A stretch of 64,000 nucleotides of DNA from Vicugna vicugna (Eukaryota), in contig MU058444.1 of the NCBI GenBank assembly GCA_013265495.1, positions 496,001 through 560,000 on the forward strand, read 5' to 3'. Numbering within the stretch: the first letter of the stretch is position 1; each line of letters starts with the position of its first letter. The position numbers and the translations under genes are program-made. The notes under the pieces are model-generated. The model made no database searches, was not told the origin of the DNA, and saw nothing but the letters and a program-made list of their open reading frames with translations. This document shows, piece after piece, positions 41,480 through 54,661 of this stretch.

Positions 41480-42400
41480 ATCATCACTAACATTACCCTG
41501 ACTGAAGATGAGCCCAAATCAAAACTAAAAAGCCATAAAATGAGTTAAAAAATCATGGAGCAGAGCATACAGGAGAGACAGCAGATACAAGAAACGGGCG
41601 ATCTGGCAGTGAGAGACTGTAAAAAAAACCTGGAATGAATTTATAAATATAATAAAAATGTTGAAGTAGTTAAAAGGGTTATAGATACTTTAAAAAAGAT
41701 TTGATAAAGAACCAAGTAGAACTTCTGGAAATTAAAAATCAATTCATTAATATATAAAATTCAATGGCCATGTTAAATGTGTTAATATACCATCGAAGAA
41801 AAATTAGGTAATGGTCAGGTTTGTATGTGGAAACCATCTAGACAGTAACATAAAGAGTAGCATAAAATAATATGACAGGGCATTTTATAGAAATGGAGGA
41901 TGGAGTCAGAAGACCCAACATGCATTTCATAGATGCTCCGAAGAAGAGATTGGATAAAATGGGAGAGAGGCAGTATTTGAAGAGATACATGGAGGATTTT
42001 CCAGAACTGAAGAAAGACATGCCTACTCGGAATGAAGGGCTACAGCACCCCCCCAAGAGGATACATAAAAAGAAGTCCGCGCTCAGATGCATCGTAGAGA
42101 AATTACAGAATAGCAGGAGAAAAATCTTAAATGCCAACCAAATGACATGACCCACCAAGTTATGACATTCAGACCAACAGCAGGAAAGGGAGCCAGAACA
42201 ATTGGACAATATCCTCAAAATGCTGAGAGATAATAACGATTGCCCTAGAATTCTGTGTCCAGGTAAATGCTCATTCAAGATGAGAACAAAATAAAAGTGT
42301 TTTCAGACAAAGTCCAAGACAGGAAGGTCTAAAAAAATCTACCAAAGCAACTAATTCAGCGAGAAGGAAACTAAATATCAAAGAAAGAAGTGAAATGCAG
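41480..42400 (+). mobile_element. Old L1 (L1M) ORF1 fragment
   Basis: ORF 41872..42150 (MEDGVRRPNMHFIDAPK...EDFPELKKD...LRCIVEKLQN) is ORF1-like, and is followed by ccctagaattctgtgtccaggtaaatgctcattcaag. Confidence 0.8.
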
Positions 42401-42946
42401 GAACCAAGGTTGATGGAACAATATTAGCCTTCTCTTTACTGTAAAACAATTTAAAAACCCAAATAAGTTCCTTTCCCAAATCATAAGAACTTTATTTTTA
42501 ATATAAAAGTAACTTAAGAAAAAAATCTGTTATATGTTTCATTTTGCTCTAAATAAATATAAATATCTCACAATGCTGGTATATTTACGTAAAATATGGA
42601 GTTTACTGAGAATGAAATATGTCACCTTGAAGAATTGTTACTGTCTTAACACTAGTGCTTGTGTTAAGATGTTAGGGAAAAGCAACATATAAAACCTCAT
42701 ATTTACTATTATGTGAACTGAGTAAAAATTCATAAAAGGAATATTATAAGGCAATGTGTGAAAAATGTAAAAAAATCATTTTTGGTGGCATAGGGATGTT
42801 TTTCTTTTTACTTAGTACCTGTCAAAATTATTCAATGGGAATGTATTATTTTCATAATAAAACTTCAGAATCCTTAAAAATGTAGACATATTATTTTACT
42901 AAATTATGCATTTTACTAAATAAACACTCTGTTTATAATTTTGCAG

Positions 42947-42991
42947 GCAAACCTCTCCTCACCATCTTCTACAGTATCTGAGAGTCAGCTG
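42947..42991 (+). CDS. MLIP: MLIP coding exon (45 nt, phase 0/0): ANLSSPSSTVSESQL
   Basis: Acceptor ttttgcag| and donor |gtatgt. Matches the recalled human peptide. Confidence 0.93.
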
Positions 42992-43414
42992 GTATGTATC
43001 CTTTTACTAAATCAGGGACTTGATGCTTTAGAAAATGCTGACCCTTCAAAAGACAGCTTTATCTGAACAAAAATGAACTGAGGATAAATTTGCTACCTAC
43101 TGTGTTTATTTGCTTACTTGTCTAACAGAAGTTTACTGATGCTTTACTAAAGCTCCATGGGGGGGTTTTGCGGGTTATAAACATACGTGAAGTCATAGAT
43201 AGACTTCAGTTGCCAGTAACTTGCATCCTTGTAGTGGTGTTAGAGTAGAGTGGGCAGGGTCAGAAGCAAGATGATGATGGAATCTAGGGAAGACTAGGGT
43301 TCAAGGGCAAGGTCACATTGGAAATGTAGGGTAGGTTCTGGACTTGAGGAAACGGGAAACAGACAAGATATTTCAGACAGGAAGATTAGCATGTGAATGG
43401 TCTCAACCCGTGAT

Positions 43415-43730
43415 GAGCAGCAGAAATATAGGGTGAACTGCAATGATAAGCCACATATGTAATTTAAAATTTTCTAGTAGCCACATTAAAAAAGTAAAAA
43501 GAATAGGTCCCGTTAATTTCAATGATATATTTGATTTAATTATATATATGTATTTATATATGTAGTCATTGTGACGTATAATCAGTATAAAATTGAGATT
43601 ATTTTACATTCCTTTTTTGGGGCAAAGTCTTTGAAATCCGCTGTGTATTTTGAATTTACAGCATATCTCAATTCAGAATAGCCCCATTTCAAGGGGGCTA
43701 GTGGCCACTGCATCGGACGACCCAGATCTA
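43415..43730. mobile_element. hAT-Charlie MER3/MER33-like DNA transposon
   Basis: agccacatatgtaatttaaaattttctagtagccacattaaaaaagtaaaaag...cagcatatctcaattcagaatagcccc...ctagtggccactgcatcggac. Confidence 0.75.
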
Positions 43731-44210
43731 GGCTCTTGACTCCGTTATTTATAGATAAAATTTGATTAAATAGGAGGATAACTTTTCTTAGAGTGTTTCA
43801 TATTTCTTCATACAGTGGTTAGCGCGTTGAAACCATGATGTAAGTTGACTAGCTATTACTGAAGATCTTCTTTATATCTTCTAATTTTTATTGTTTCTAA
43901 TTGTAAATTCCTGAGCAACAGACACTTTGAGTAAAATGAATGGAAACATCTAGTAAAGCAGTGTGAGACATTAAAGAGACAAAATCAGTTAAATACTGGT
44001 TTTTCCCCCTTTTTAAGCGAGTAGTTCGGTGTCCTACATTCATGGCCAACAACTCATCCTGTCATTATAATGTCAAAATGACAGCAGTGTATTTGTTTGT
44101 AATACTGGAAAATCATAAAAAAAAGGTAGTTTGACTCTTCAAACGGCCTGATTTTTGCAAACTGCTTGCGTATGTCAGCGTTTATTCATATAGTGTGTAT
44201 ATGGGGCGTT

Positions 44211-44213
<3 letters not shown>

Positions 44214-44243
<30 letters not shown>
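44214..44243. repeat. (GT)n microsatellite
   Basis: Perfect dinucleotide run. Confidence 0.95.
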
Positions 44244-44244
<1 letters not shown>

Positions 44245-44494
44245 TGAGTGATTCTAGCGTCAGTGGGTTTGGAAGAGTGGCAGGCAGTGTAGGAGAGTTG
44301 AAAGAAGGCTGGAATCGGGGTGCCAGAAGACCCACCTTTTACTTCCTGCTCTGACACTAACTCCCGGGCTGACAGTGGAGAAGTCGTGAATCTGGGAGCC
44401 TGGGCTTCAATCTCCTAAATGAACACTCGGTTACGCCCTGTCCAGGCCTCTCCAGCGCAGTGAGTCCGTGATTACTAACATAGGGGAGCGAGGC

Positions 44495-44508
44495 GTTGCC
44501 ATGGAAAC
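44495..44508. promoter_or_regulatory. RFX X-box motif GTTGCCATGGAAAC
   Basis: 13/14 match to the palindromic consensus GTTGCCATGGCAAC. Motif match only; function is not shown. Confidence 0.5.
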
Positions 44509-47500
44509 AGGCACTGCAGCAACATAATGAAGTTGAACAGTTTCCCACTTTAGATATGGACCTATTATCACGGCTGTTTTAATATTTAAAGATAAATGTG
44601 CTCGTTTCTTGAGAGGAATGTGTAAAAATCAAGAAATATTTTATATACCCAACATTGTATACAAAAAACAGATTCAGGTGTTAAATGTGAGTGTGTGTAT
44701 ATATATATATATATCTATGTCTGTATCTGTGTTACCAGACTGACATATATAGATGTCAGTTCTTGGCTGATCATTTTAACAAACTATTTCAAAGAAGCAA
44801 ATATAGTGATTTCATAAGATAGGACATAGAATAAATGACTCATTGTAAATGTAATAAGTAACCCTTTCCTTGCCTAATCAGTTCCCTGAATGTGGTGCTT
44901 GTGTTCTCTATGGGGGAAAATACAAAGCGTTGCTTTGACAGACTTTGATGATCATTTTTTTGCATTTACTTTGGACCTTTTCTCTAAAGAGTTCAAGGAA
45001 TTTCTTAACCAAGTTTTAAATTAAATTTTAATCCCCAAATGCTCTTGAGATATAGGTCAGTTTGGGAAGGGATTATTATCAAGCAAGCTATCACACACAC
45101 AAAGAACAGCTCTTGGATTGATGTAATTAGTCACTTCCATCACTGGTTCCTGCTTCATGACATTAACCCTGTATTTACACACCCTGAATACAGACCAGAG
45201 TAGAAATAATTGCATGCAAGCCATGTTACGTGACATTTGCTTTTTAAAGGATTTATAATGTTTCCACTCTGAAGGGTAGCAATTTATGAATGAAATCATA
45301 TATATATTTTTATTTTTAAGAATGGATTTCCAATATTGCCTTCATGAACTCTCTTCAGAATTAATTCTGAGTAATTTGAGTAAATAAGAATGCCTTTGAA
45401 GAATAAACATATATTGTATATGCACACTATGCATATGGGTGCCATGTGACAGTTAATTCTGATTATAGGCATATGCTGGTTTTTGTTTATATATGTGTGT
45501 ACATGTGTGTGTAGCACATAAAAACAAATTATTGGGAGTAAATGATAGATTATCATTAAATTATGAATGTAAATATTGTATGTTTTGCATAAAATAAGCA
45601 GTTAGTTAAAATTATTTGACTTCAATTTTAAGAGAGAAATGTAATAAATTGAGGTGAAAATAAATGAGGAATTGGTGTAATAGCACAAGTTTAGTACAGG
45701 AACCAGTTTGCTTTTGAGCTTTGACTTTTTAAGACCATATCATTTTTGTCATATTTTTTTCTTTTTAACTGGGCTCACCTAACTTGCTTGTTTGCCAACT
45801 GTGCCAATTCAACGCTGGAAGGAAGAAAAGAAATGTGACCTTGCCCTGTACTCTTAAACTGTCTCCACTGTTTACTCTGGAACCCAAATGACGTAGTCTT
45901 GGGTTCAGAGAGAGTAGTTTGGGGGTCTTTATGAAAATTAGCTCCCCGGTCTGTGCCTCAGTTTCTCTTCTTTCAATAAATAGGAGCACAGTCTGTCAAA
46001 ACAGGAAAGGAGCTGAGAGGGGAGGGTGTTGAAAATACCCTCCATCTAGAAAATGGAGGCGAGAGCAACCACTCTGCCGACCTGCCGGGGTTACCTGAGG
46101 GCTCCCATGTGTGAGGGTGCCAGTGTAACCCTGTGCACACGGGGTGTTATTATTGCACAAAAAGTCTCCTGTATATTACCTCTGACATTTAATAAGAGCA
46201 GCCATTTTTACAGATAAACAGAGGCCCACAGAGTTTTCAGTAGATTATCCAAGATCCCAGAGTTCGTGGTCATCTTTGTTCTGCATGACTGTCAAAATGG
46301 AATCATTACTGATTTTAGATAATTCAAGGAGAATAAAACAGGCTGATGAAGGAGGTGGGGCAGTGGGCCTCTGCAGAAGGCTGACCGCCACTGGGCACCC
46401 CCCGCCTGGGGCCCAGTGCCCCGGAGACGTGACCCGGGACCGAGGACGAGGGGCTGAGTCCGGTCGGTCAGCGTGCGGAGGCTTCACACCTGAGGATGGC
46501 ACTTCCCAGGCATCAGCAAGGGACACGGAAGGGAAGAAAGATCTAGGCTCTAAGCTGCGCCTTCACCAAGCTTTCCTAATTCCTTAGCTCTGTTCTCACA
46601 ATATTAACGGAGGCTGGTGGGATCTCTTTTCTCTGGATGAGAAAAGGAGCTGGGCTCTGCCAGGAGGGTAAGCGCTGGTCTTCCTTGGCGGTAGGTAGAG
46701 GAACCCAGTTTAGGGGACATTTGGCTTTGGCTTTTGAAATTTCATGCCATTACAAAATGGTCCTTGTTGCTCAAGACGGAATACTGAAGCCAGAGAGCAC
46801 AAAACAATAGATTTAAAAAAACACACCACATGGCTCTATACAGCTAAAAGCAAAAATGCAGCTTACTGGAACATTATAAAGAATGCTTCACCCTCCAGAT
46901 ATTTGTTCCTGGTTCTGAAAGCCAGCTGGTGTGTCCTGTGTTGGTGCCGGCCTCATCTTTCCAAGGGCTCTTGAGGGCTCTGTTGTTCAGAAAATGCAGC
47001 CTGAAAGCTTTCCTGGAGAACTGTCTTCTTTAGCTTTAAGGCGCTTTGTCCTTGACCAATTCCCCTTGATACGGCGTGCTTAAGCACAGAGCATTTATCA
47101 CGGGCGCCTGTTCGGGTCTGAGTCATGTGGTTTGTCTTTTCTTTAACCACTGAAACATTTCAATCTGGCCAGCCTGTGTTGTGTGCAGTCCCCACAAATG
47201 CTTCTTGAACTGTGGGATATGGTTTATGATTACTGAAATCCTGTGTATGTTTATTTTAATAGTAATTATAAATTTTTTTTTTGGAAGAAGCCCATCAGGT
47301 TGGTTCTTTCCTGGGTAGTCTAGATCCTTTAGTATCAACACTCAACATTATAATTGCAAAAACAGGAAAAAGGGAAGTTCTTTTAATTTTCCTTTCAAAA
47401 TCTTTTTACGCTGTTTCTTCTTCACAAAGTTCCGTCATGCAGATTATGTTGTTAGATGCGCACCATCACTTTGTGAGTTAGTACAGCAGGAATTGTTATT

Positions 47501-48987
47501 TCCATTATTCTGATGAAAAAACATCCCCTGAAGTCCAGAAATCTACAGTGCCTTGTCAACAGTCCTACAGCTGAGGGGTGGTATAAAAATCTGTCACCCC
47601 CCCTCACCTCATCCCCAGTCTTGGAAGCCTTCCTCTGTACTGTAGTGTTTTGAAATTTGAGATATTTCTTTGAGGGGGGAAGAAAAAGCTTTTAAGTCTT
47701 TGTTTCAAGCATATAACATTGTTTATTTAAAAAAAAAGAATGAGAGTCAATAAACATTTATTAATTGAATGCATGACTCAGCTAAATAATTTAGAAGATA
47801 TTGTTTTTGTCAACAGTCTTGCCTGGGAGGATGTTTTTGAGTTTCTATGAGCTTGTTGCTACAGAAAGTCTTAAAAAAAAAAAAAAGCAAAAAACAAACA
47901 AAAAAACACTGAAAAATGAAGAGTAAAAGCAAATGGGGGAAAAAAATACCCAACTGTGGCACTATCACAAACTCTTTGGATCCATCAAATTAGTAAAAAT
48001 CCTAGCCAGGCTCACAGAATTGTCTATATGCTGTGTTTTACTACTTTACTGCTGTTTGTTTATACATCTCAACTTTTCAAAAAGATCGAAGTAAACCCTT
48101 GAAAACTGGGACCCTATCATTTATTTCTTTTGTTCTCTTATCCCACGAGCCCAGAGTTTAACTACTATAATCAAAGGCAATTAAAAATACCAATCCACCA
48201 GTTGAAGTTAATTTAAGAAAGATGCTGTTCCAAGAATCCATATAACGGATTCTCTAGGTCAGTGCTGGCGGTTAATTTTCAACTTTGGTCTCTAGCCAGA
48301 GGCAGTACCAACTTGTTGTCATGGAATTAAAAGTTCCAAAGGACAGAAATGATGTCTTTTTTTTTTTTTAACAGTGCCTGAGTAGCAATATTCAAGGATT
48401 TGTGTATACTTGATGACTTATACACACAAATGAATAGCAGACTGGGACCAGTGCCCCACAGGCCATTAAAACCTGCCCTCTGGCCCCGGGACTCCACAAA
48501 CTGTATCTCTTGGATTTTTTTTCTCCCTTAAGACTAACAACAGAGTTAGATATGATCCCCTGGTTTCACCCCACTCCAGAGAAGCTGACATCGTTGTCTT
48601 CTGGTATTAAGAGCTTTATTGCTTAATCACCATAAGCAAACAGGGGGGAAAAGAAACATTTGAAAAAAAATAGGGTTAAAATTTTGTAAAGTCCTTAAAG
48701 GTGTGGTCGCCTGGCTTGACTTACTGTCTTATCAGAGATGACAACTTCAGCCTTGTACTCTTATCTCCAAGGGTGGGGCTTACCAAACCACGTTTCTCCT
48801 TCTGGTCCTCTGTTGCCGGAAAGCAGTGTAGACCTTCTGTCTTGCAGAGTTCCCTCTTCCCGGGTTACACTGCGTTCAAAAAGTCAGTCCAGGAAAAATT
48901 AGAGGAGACCCTAAATGGTCCATCAACACCTTTTAAGGCTTCCATATTGGATTATAGCCAGGAAACCGAGCTTCTGCCTGTGAATAG

Positions 48988-49570
48988 TTTATTCATTCTT
49001 CAAATGTTTATTTAATATCTGCTAGGTTCCTGGCCCAGTTCTAGGTGTTGGAGGTACAACAGTGAACGAAGAGATGATTGCTGGCTTCCCAGAGCTTACA
49101 TTCTAGTGGAGGAAGCAAGAAAATAAACAGGACAGATTGTGTTAATTACTTTGGGGAAAAAAAAATAGGGCAAGCCAGGGGAGGTGGGGTTAGTATTTTA
49201 TGCGGGCCATTAGGGAAGACCTGTCTGATAATAAGGTGGCATTTGAGCAGAGACTTGAAGACTTGAACAAGAGAATCCTGGAAAGGGAGAAAAGAGTTCC
49301 AGACAAAGGGAAGAAGAGAAAGTACAAACTCGCAGAGGATGGGGGACACAGTGCGTGCGCCGGTGTGGAGGGTTGGGGAGCAAGGGGGCCGCGGCAGGAG
49401 ACAAGACTGGAAAGGGAGAGGCTGGTTGGGGACTGAAAGATTAGGTCCCACAGCACCTTGGGGGCATCACCTTGCAGACGTTGTAAGGGTTTCGGCTTTT
49501 ACTCTAAGTAAGAAGGGGAGGCAATGGAGAGCTTTGAGAGGGGTCCCGTGACATGGCTTGACTTACACTG
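48988..49570 (-). mobile_element. L2 fragment
   Basis: ttattcattcttcaaatgtttatttaatatctgctaggttcc tail, and agggaagacctgtctgataataaggtggcatttgagcagagacttgaag. Confidence 0.7.
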
Positions 49571-52419
49571 TGATGGTTCTGTGCTTAACTCAGCTGGCTT
49601 GTTGGCCCTCGGAGAACAAGGGTTACGGCTTATTCATCTCTGTAGACACTTCCTGACATAGACGAGGTCTCAAGTGGCAAAATGGCTCCAGAGAGCGTCT
49701 TGGTGGGTCGTCTGACAGAGGTGTGCTTCAGAGCCTCAAGACAATGGTTGTCTTGTCTCTCAGGCACTTCAAAAGTGTCGCACACCCAGTGTAAACCAGT
49801 TCTCAGTCAGTTCATCGTAATCAACTGAAATTGACTGTTGGGACCATCTTCTCCTTGTTCCTTTTGTGCCCTTTGTGCTGGCTCTGGAAGTCATTGCCTG
49901 TTTTTATTTCCCCACTTTGGTTGGAAAGAAAGTTACGGAGTTGCTTTTCCTGGCATCATAAGAATGACGTTTGTGTGTAGTTATCAGCCCTGAGTCTGGC
50001 TGGATCTGTCAAGTCTTTAGCAGATAAAAATGAAGGAAGGGCCTCTTTGGGCTCTTGTAGTTATGAGATTGCTGGCAATGACAATCTTCGAGGAGCTCAC
50101 CTTGATAGACGCTTCTTTGTTTTTGTTCGGACACAGACTTAACAGATTAGATCTGCCAGAATCAGCGAACTAGTCTGCTTGATGTTTGAAGATACCAGGT
50201 GACTATGGGCAAGGATGCAACGTAGATTAGAAGGTCATAAAGGACATTCTGTTCTAAGCCTTGTGCAATAACCAACTGGAGGGCTGTCTTTTCTGGACTT
50301 ACCCTGAGGGATGATGGGCCCAAGAGAGAGGATCTGAGTGGAAAGGCTGCAGGCTGGGATCACCCAAAACATCTTCCTGCTCCAGTGCAGGGACCAGGGC
50401 ATCACGTCTCTCTGGGGTGGGATTCTCATAGCAGATCAAGTGCTTCTGGTCAGGTGTCTTCCCTCTGCTTTCATGCTTCTGCTGCTTCCACCAAGCTCAG
50501 CTCCTAAAATGCCATGTGGACTCCAGAGCACTGGTGGTGTGCTGATTTCAGGACTCACATTAAGAGCAGGAGAGGAGGAGGCGCAGGAGTAGAAGCCAGC
50601 AGGGAGGAGAAATGAAACAGGGAGTCATGTGGAAAAGAGAGACAGGCAATCTAGACCACTTAGGATCATGACCTGGATATCCGGCATCTCCCTTACTGAC
50701 AGAAGGCTTGCCCGAAAGGACTGCATTTTCAAGGACATGTTAGATTCTGGTGACACTTAACTTGGGATTTCCCCAGCCTCCAAGTCACCAACTGCATGTG
50801 TCATGTTTCTTTGCATTCTCCAGTAATGAAGGCATTGATGTTTTTGAAGAAATTGAGGGCTGTAGAAATCAGTAGCTGCGTGGGCTTTGTTCTTGTGTTG
50901 AATTCACTGGAGGATACCACTCTCATTTGTATACTCAACAGTGTGACTTCACCCGTAATTGAATGTTACTTGTTCATTTTTTTTTCCCCCTGGAGAGAAA
51001 TCAGAGCTTCTTAAATCAGAGATGTTTCTCAGCCTGGGGAAGATGGAGACTTTTCACAATTTGTGTTTCCCCAGTTGGCATAGATGTGAAAGCCAGTGGG
51101 GAAAGTACCAGTTGAAAAAAGTATTCAGAGCGGCATTTATTCAAGACCGGAAACAGATCAGGTGGCTTATGGAGCAGAGAGATAGATGTCTTCCCTTAAG
51201 ACTTAACTCGCGAGCTTCAGCACTGACTGAGCAGAGCTAATGTACTCTTTTCTGAAAGGAAATGGGGACGAGAAGAATGATGACAGCAAAATGCTCAAAC
51301 AGAAAAAAAATCACAACTTTTTATCGAATTCTCGTTTGCGATGTGTGGTGTAAACTTATCAATCATTGTGTGACATTTTACAGTGTAGCAAGATTTTGGT
51401 GTTTGTGAAACATCATTTTGAAATTGCCCCAAACTAGATTTCTCTCTCTCCCTTTCTTTCTCTCTCTCTCGTCAAACTGACGTTGGGTACAAGTTTATGA
51501 ATCTTGAATGACAAGTCTATTCGCTCAAACTCTTTTGATTGCAAGTTACAGAAGTAAACTTGAGTTTTCTTAAAAAAAAATAAAAGGTGGGGTGGAATTT
51601 TGTCAAAAAGAAAAGTTATGTCTTGGGGAGCTTCAGACAAGAAATCCAGCTGGGTCCCTGGAATGTTCTGGAATTCAATTCTGGAAAGCTCTCAAGTGAC
51701 TGTCGCCTTTCTGGGCTGCCTCTCCATTCATTTTGCTCTGTGTTTCTTGATCTCATCAGATCTGTCTTTATGGCAGATGGAGGCTTTCCCATAGCTCCCA
51801 AACTGCCGTAATTTCAATCTCCCAGTGTGACTGCACAGCGGTTCAAAGCCTGGTTTCACGTCCTTGGAAGGGAGCATCTGTTTGCTACTCAGACCCCATC
51901 CTCTTGGGTCAGAAAGCCATCCCCGGTTTCACCATCCACAGTATGAAAATGGATTCTGGGGGCCCTGCTCTGTGGACTTGGGGGCGGGGGCGGGGAAGTT
52001 TCGAGAAGAAGAAAGTTGTGATGGGCTTGGTGTGTTGTGCCAAATTCATCTGTCCTACTGTGTGCCAAGTGAGGTGCTGCCTGGCCTCAAGGATGCTCTG
52101 AATAAGTATTTGTCAAATGAAATATTTATTGACTGGATATAAGAACATATTTGGTTAGACGAAGAAGGCCATTTTTGCATTTTTAATTTTCATAATAGAA
52201 CTCTATGTTGATTTTATCGTCCCAGGTAACTTAAAACTTAAGTTACATTTGTTAAAATCATTGGATTTCTAGCTGTTTCTTTGTATCTGTAACATCATTT
52301 TAAAATTTAAAAAAAGATAAATTGCTGTGAGAACATATGAATGACTTAATATACATATTAATTCGTTTTAATAATATTTTTTCTTTATTTTTTTTAAAAT
52401 TTGTTTGCTATTCATGAAG

Positions 52420-52548
52420 ACTAAGCCTGGAGTAATTCGCCCTGTACCTGTGAAATCCAAAATCCTGCTGACACAAGAGGAGGAGGTCTACGAACCCAAC
52501 CCTTTCAGTAAATACCTGGAAGACAACAGTGACTTCTTTTCTGAGCAG
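52420..52548 (+). CDS. MLIP: MLIP coding exon (129 nt, phase 0/0): TKPGVIRPVPVKSKILLTQEEEVYEPNPFSKYLEDNSDFFSEQ
   Basis: Lies within ORF 52405..52587. Acceptor catgaag| and donor |gtgagt. Contains the conserved MLIP motifs TKPGVIRP and YEPNPFSKYLED. Confidence 0.94.
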
Positions 52549-52876
52549 GTGAGTGTGCACACGAGAAAATCTTTGGTATTTCGATAAATAACTGTATGAA
52601 ATAGAGAGATGCTTTTTTGAATAGAGTACGTGCAAGAAAATATTTATGTGATGGGACTATCCTTAGTAATAAACAAGATCTATGTTTTTGTATAATAAAA
52701 AATTCGTAAGTATTTCCAGAATGATATTTTGAAGTATTTAAATGCTTTTTTCCTAAAAGTTTTCTACTCAGTGCTGGGATCGTTTGGGCGACAAAGGCAC
52801 TGCCGTCTGAAGACATCATGGAGTCACTGGTTGGAAGGGCCATATAGGTGTTGGTTTCTTATTTCTAAAATCCCCA

Positions 52877-53030
52877 GGGGGGAGGGTATGGCTCAAATGT
52901 GGAGTGTGTGCTCAGCATGCATGAGGTCTTGGGTTCAATCCCCAGGACCTCTGTTAAAAAAAAAATTAAGTAAATGAACCTAATTACCTGCCCCCCTCAA
53001 ACAAACAAACAAACAAGCAACAACAAAAGA
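52877..53030 (+). mobile_element. tRNA-derived SINE, camelid Vic-1-like
   Basis: ggggggagggtatggctcaaatgtggagtgtgtgctcagcatgcatgaggtcttgggttcaatccccagg, then the aacctaattacctgcccccc segment and a (caaa)n tail. Confidence 0.88.
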
Positions 53031-54661
53031 ATTAAATCCTGCTTCCTTTTGAAGTGAAACAATGCTTTATGTTAGTACATTTGACAAAAGGTCTCTTGTT
53101 TGGATTCATATCAGCTTAGTAGAGATGATGTGATCCCCCAGAGTGAATGGTACCTGTTAGGGAATAGGGGCTTACGTTATTCTAAGGCTTTGTTGGTCTT
53201 TGGTTTATGTGCAGATATGGTACACTGTCTTCCCCTTATGTAGCTGCTATGTTGAGGAAGGTATAATAGAAGGTTATTGATGGTGCTTTGTAAGTTACTG
53301 GGAAAAAATATAACAATATACACTTAGGCAACATACAAGTTCAAAGTTAGTTCAAAGAGAAACCTTACATCTTTGCTTGTCTTATTAAAATGCAAGAAAC
53401 AGGTATGGGTTCTGTATTTTATGTCTCAAGCATCATTACAGGCTTAAGCAATGTATGCAGTCCAGAAAGCTTTCTGGATCCAACCAGGACACGCTAGATC
53501 ACCATATTTGGGAATCTAGAATAACATAGATCAGCAAATGAATATAAGGCGCTGTACTCTTTGTAAATTCTAGTTTGAAAATGGTAACTAAAAGCAGTCT
53601 TGAAAATACAAATTACGTTCATCATCGTGATACCTAAGGACTGTCTTACCTGCACGCAGGAGCTGTGTGACACTGAGCAATTTGTCTCGTCTCGCCTGCC
53701 TTCTGGGTCTTAATGCATAACATGAGCTATTCAGATCGGGTACTTTTAAGCATCCTTCAAATTCTAAAATTTGAGTTCCTTAAAAATCTAAGGCGAACTG
53801 TGACTAGGGTAAAAGCCTTGAGAACTTTCATTGTAAATACTTTCTCATGCTTAGCTACAGTTTTTCTTTATAAAATGAAGATGATAACATTTTCTTATTT
53901 AGCAGTACTTTGTGAAGACTGAAAGGATGTTGGTAAGTCACACATTTTTAGAAGCCACTAACATCATTGAAAATGCTGATGATTAGAGGCAGTTATTATC
54001 ACTTTATAGAATAAAATGTAGCCCTCACTTTATATTAAGTAGAGAAATCTTACTGAGATTTAAGATTGTCTTCACTCCTTCTACATGTAACAGAAATGGA
54101 AATTCCTGGTAGGAAAATATATTTCCATCAACAAAAACATGTACTAAATAGCTATTGCTTATCTGACACTAATAATTTAGAGGCTTAATGTGACATTTTT
54201 GACAGTAGGGGATTGTTGTAAAAATTTATAAGAGTAGTCTAGTGTCATAGGACAAAAAATGCCAACATTTAAAATAAATTTCACACATTCTCCATGCAAC
54301 ACATTCTTCAAATAGGATCGGATGCTGTAAAATTATGTCTGTTTTTTTGTGTTAGTATAATTTCAAATGTATGCATTTTATCTTGAACAAGATTCTTTAT
54401 AGAATGTCAAGTTTATCTACCTATAATTTGTCACCCATTTACTGTCCTCTGAAATGACAAAATTTTCAGGTGGCAGAAATTCTTCACATTAAAAGGAGTT
54501 ACCAATTCTTTTCATGACTTTTCCTGAACATACAGCCAGTTTGAAGCTCTGTTTATGTACCACAGAAACCTACGTACTTTCAGATAATTTGTGGAAAATC
54601 TGAGGTCTTTGACAAGCATTTGGGTACCACAGACATAGTCTCATTTATATTTTCTTTCAGT

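Noticed and set aside
46040..46600. GC-rich patch with short overlapping ORFs
   Set aside because: No recognisable protein or splice-consistent MLIP peptide, and it is too small to call a CpG island by eye.
28440..53000. tRNA-like A/B-box sequences at ~28.45, 35.17 and 52.9 kb
   Set aside because: They have SINE tails and TSD-like flanks and no full cloverleaf, so they are SINEs rather than tRNA genes.
53502..53511. CArG box ccatatttgg (also a MEF2-like ttataaatag near 3118 and a CRE at 14847)
   Set aside because: Isolated short motifs are expected by chance in 64 kb of AT-rich DNA, and the CRE lies inside a MIR.
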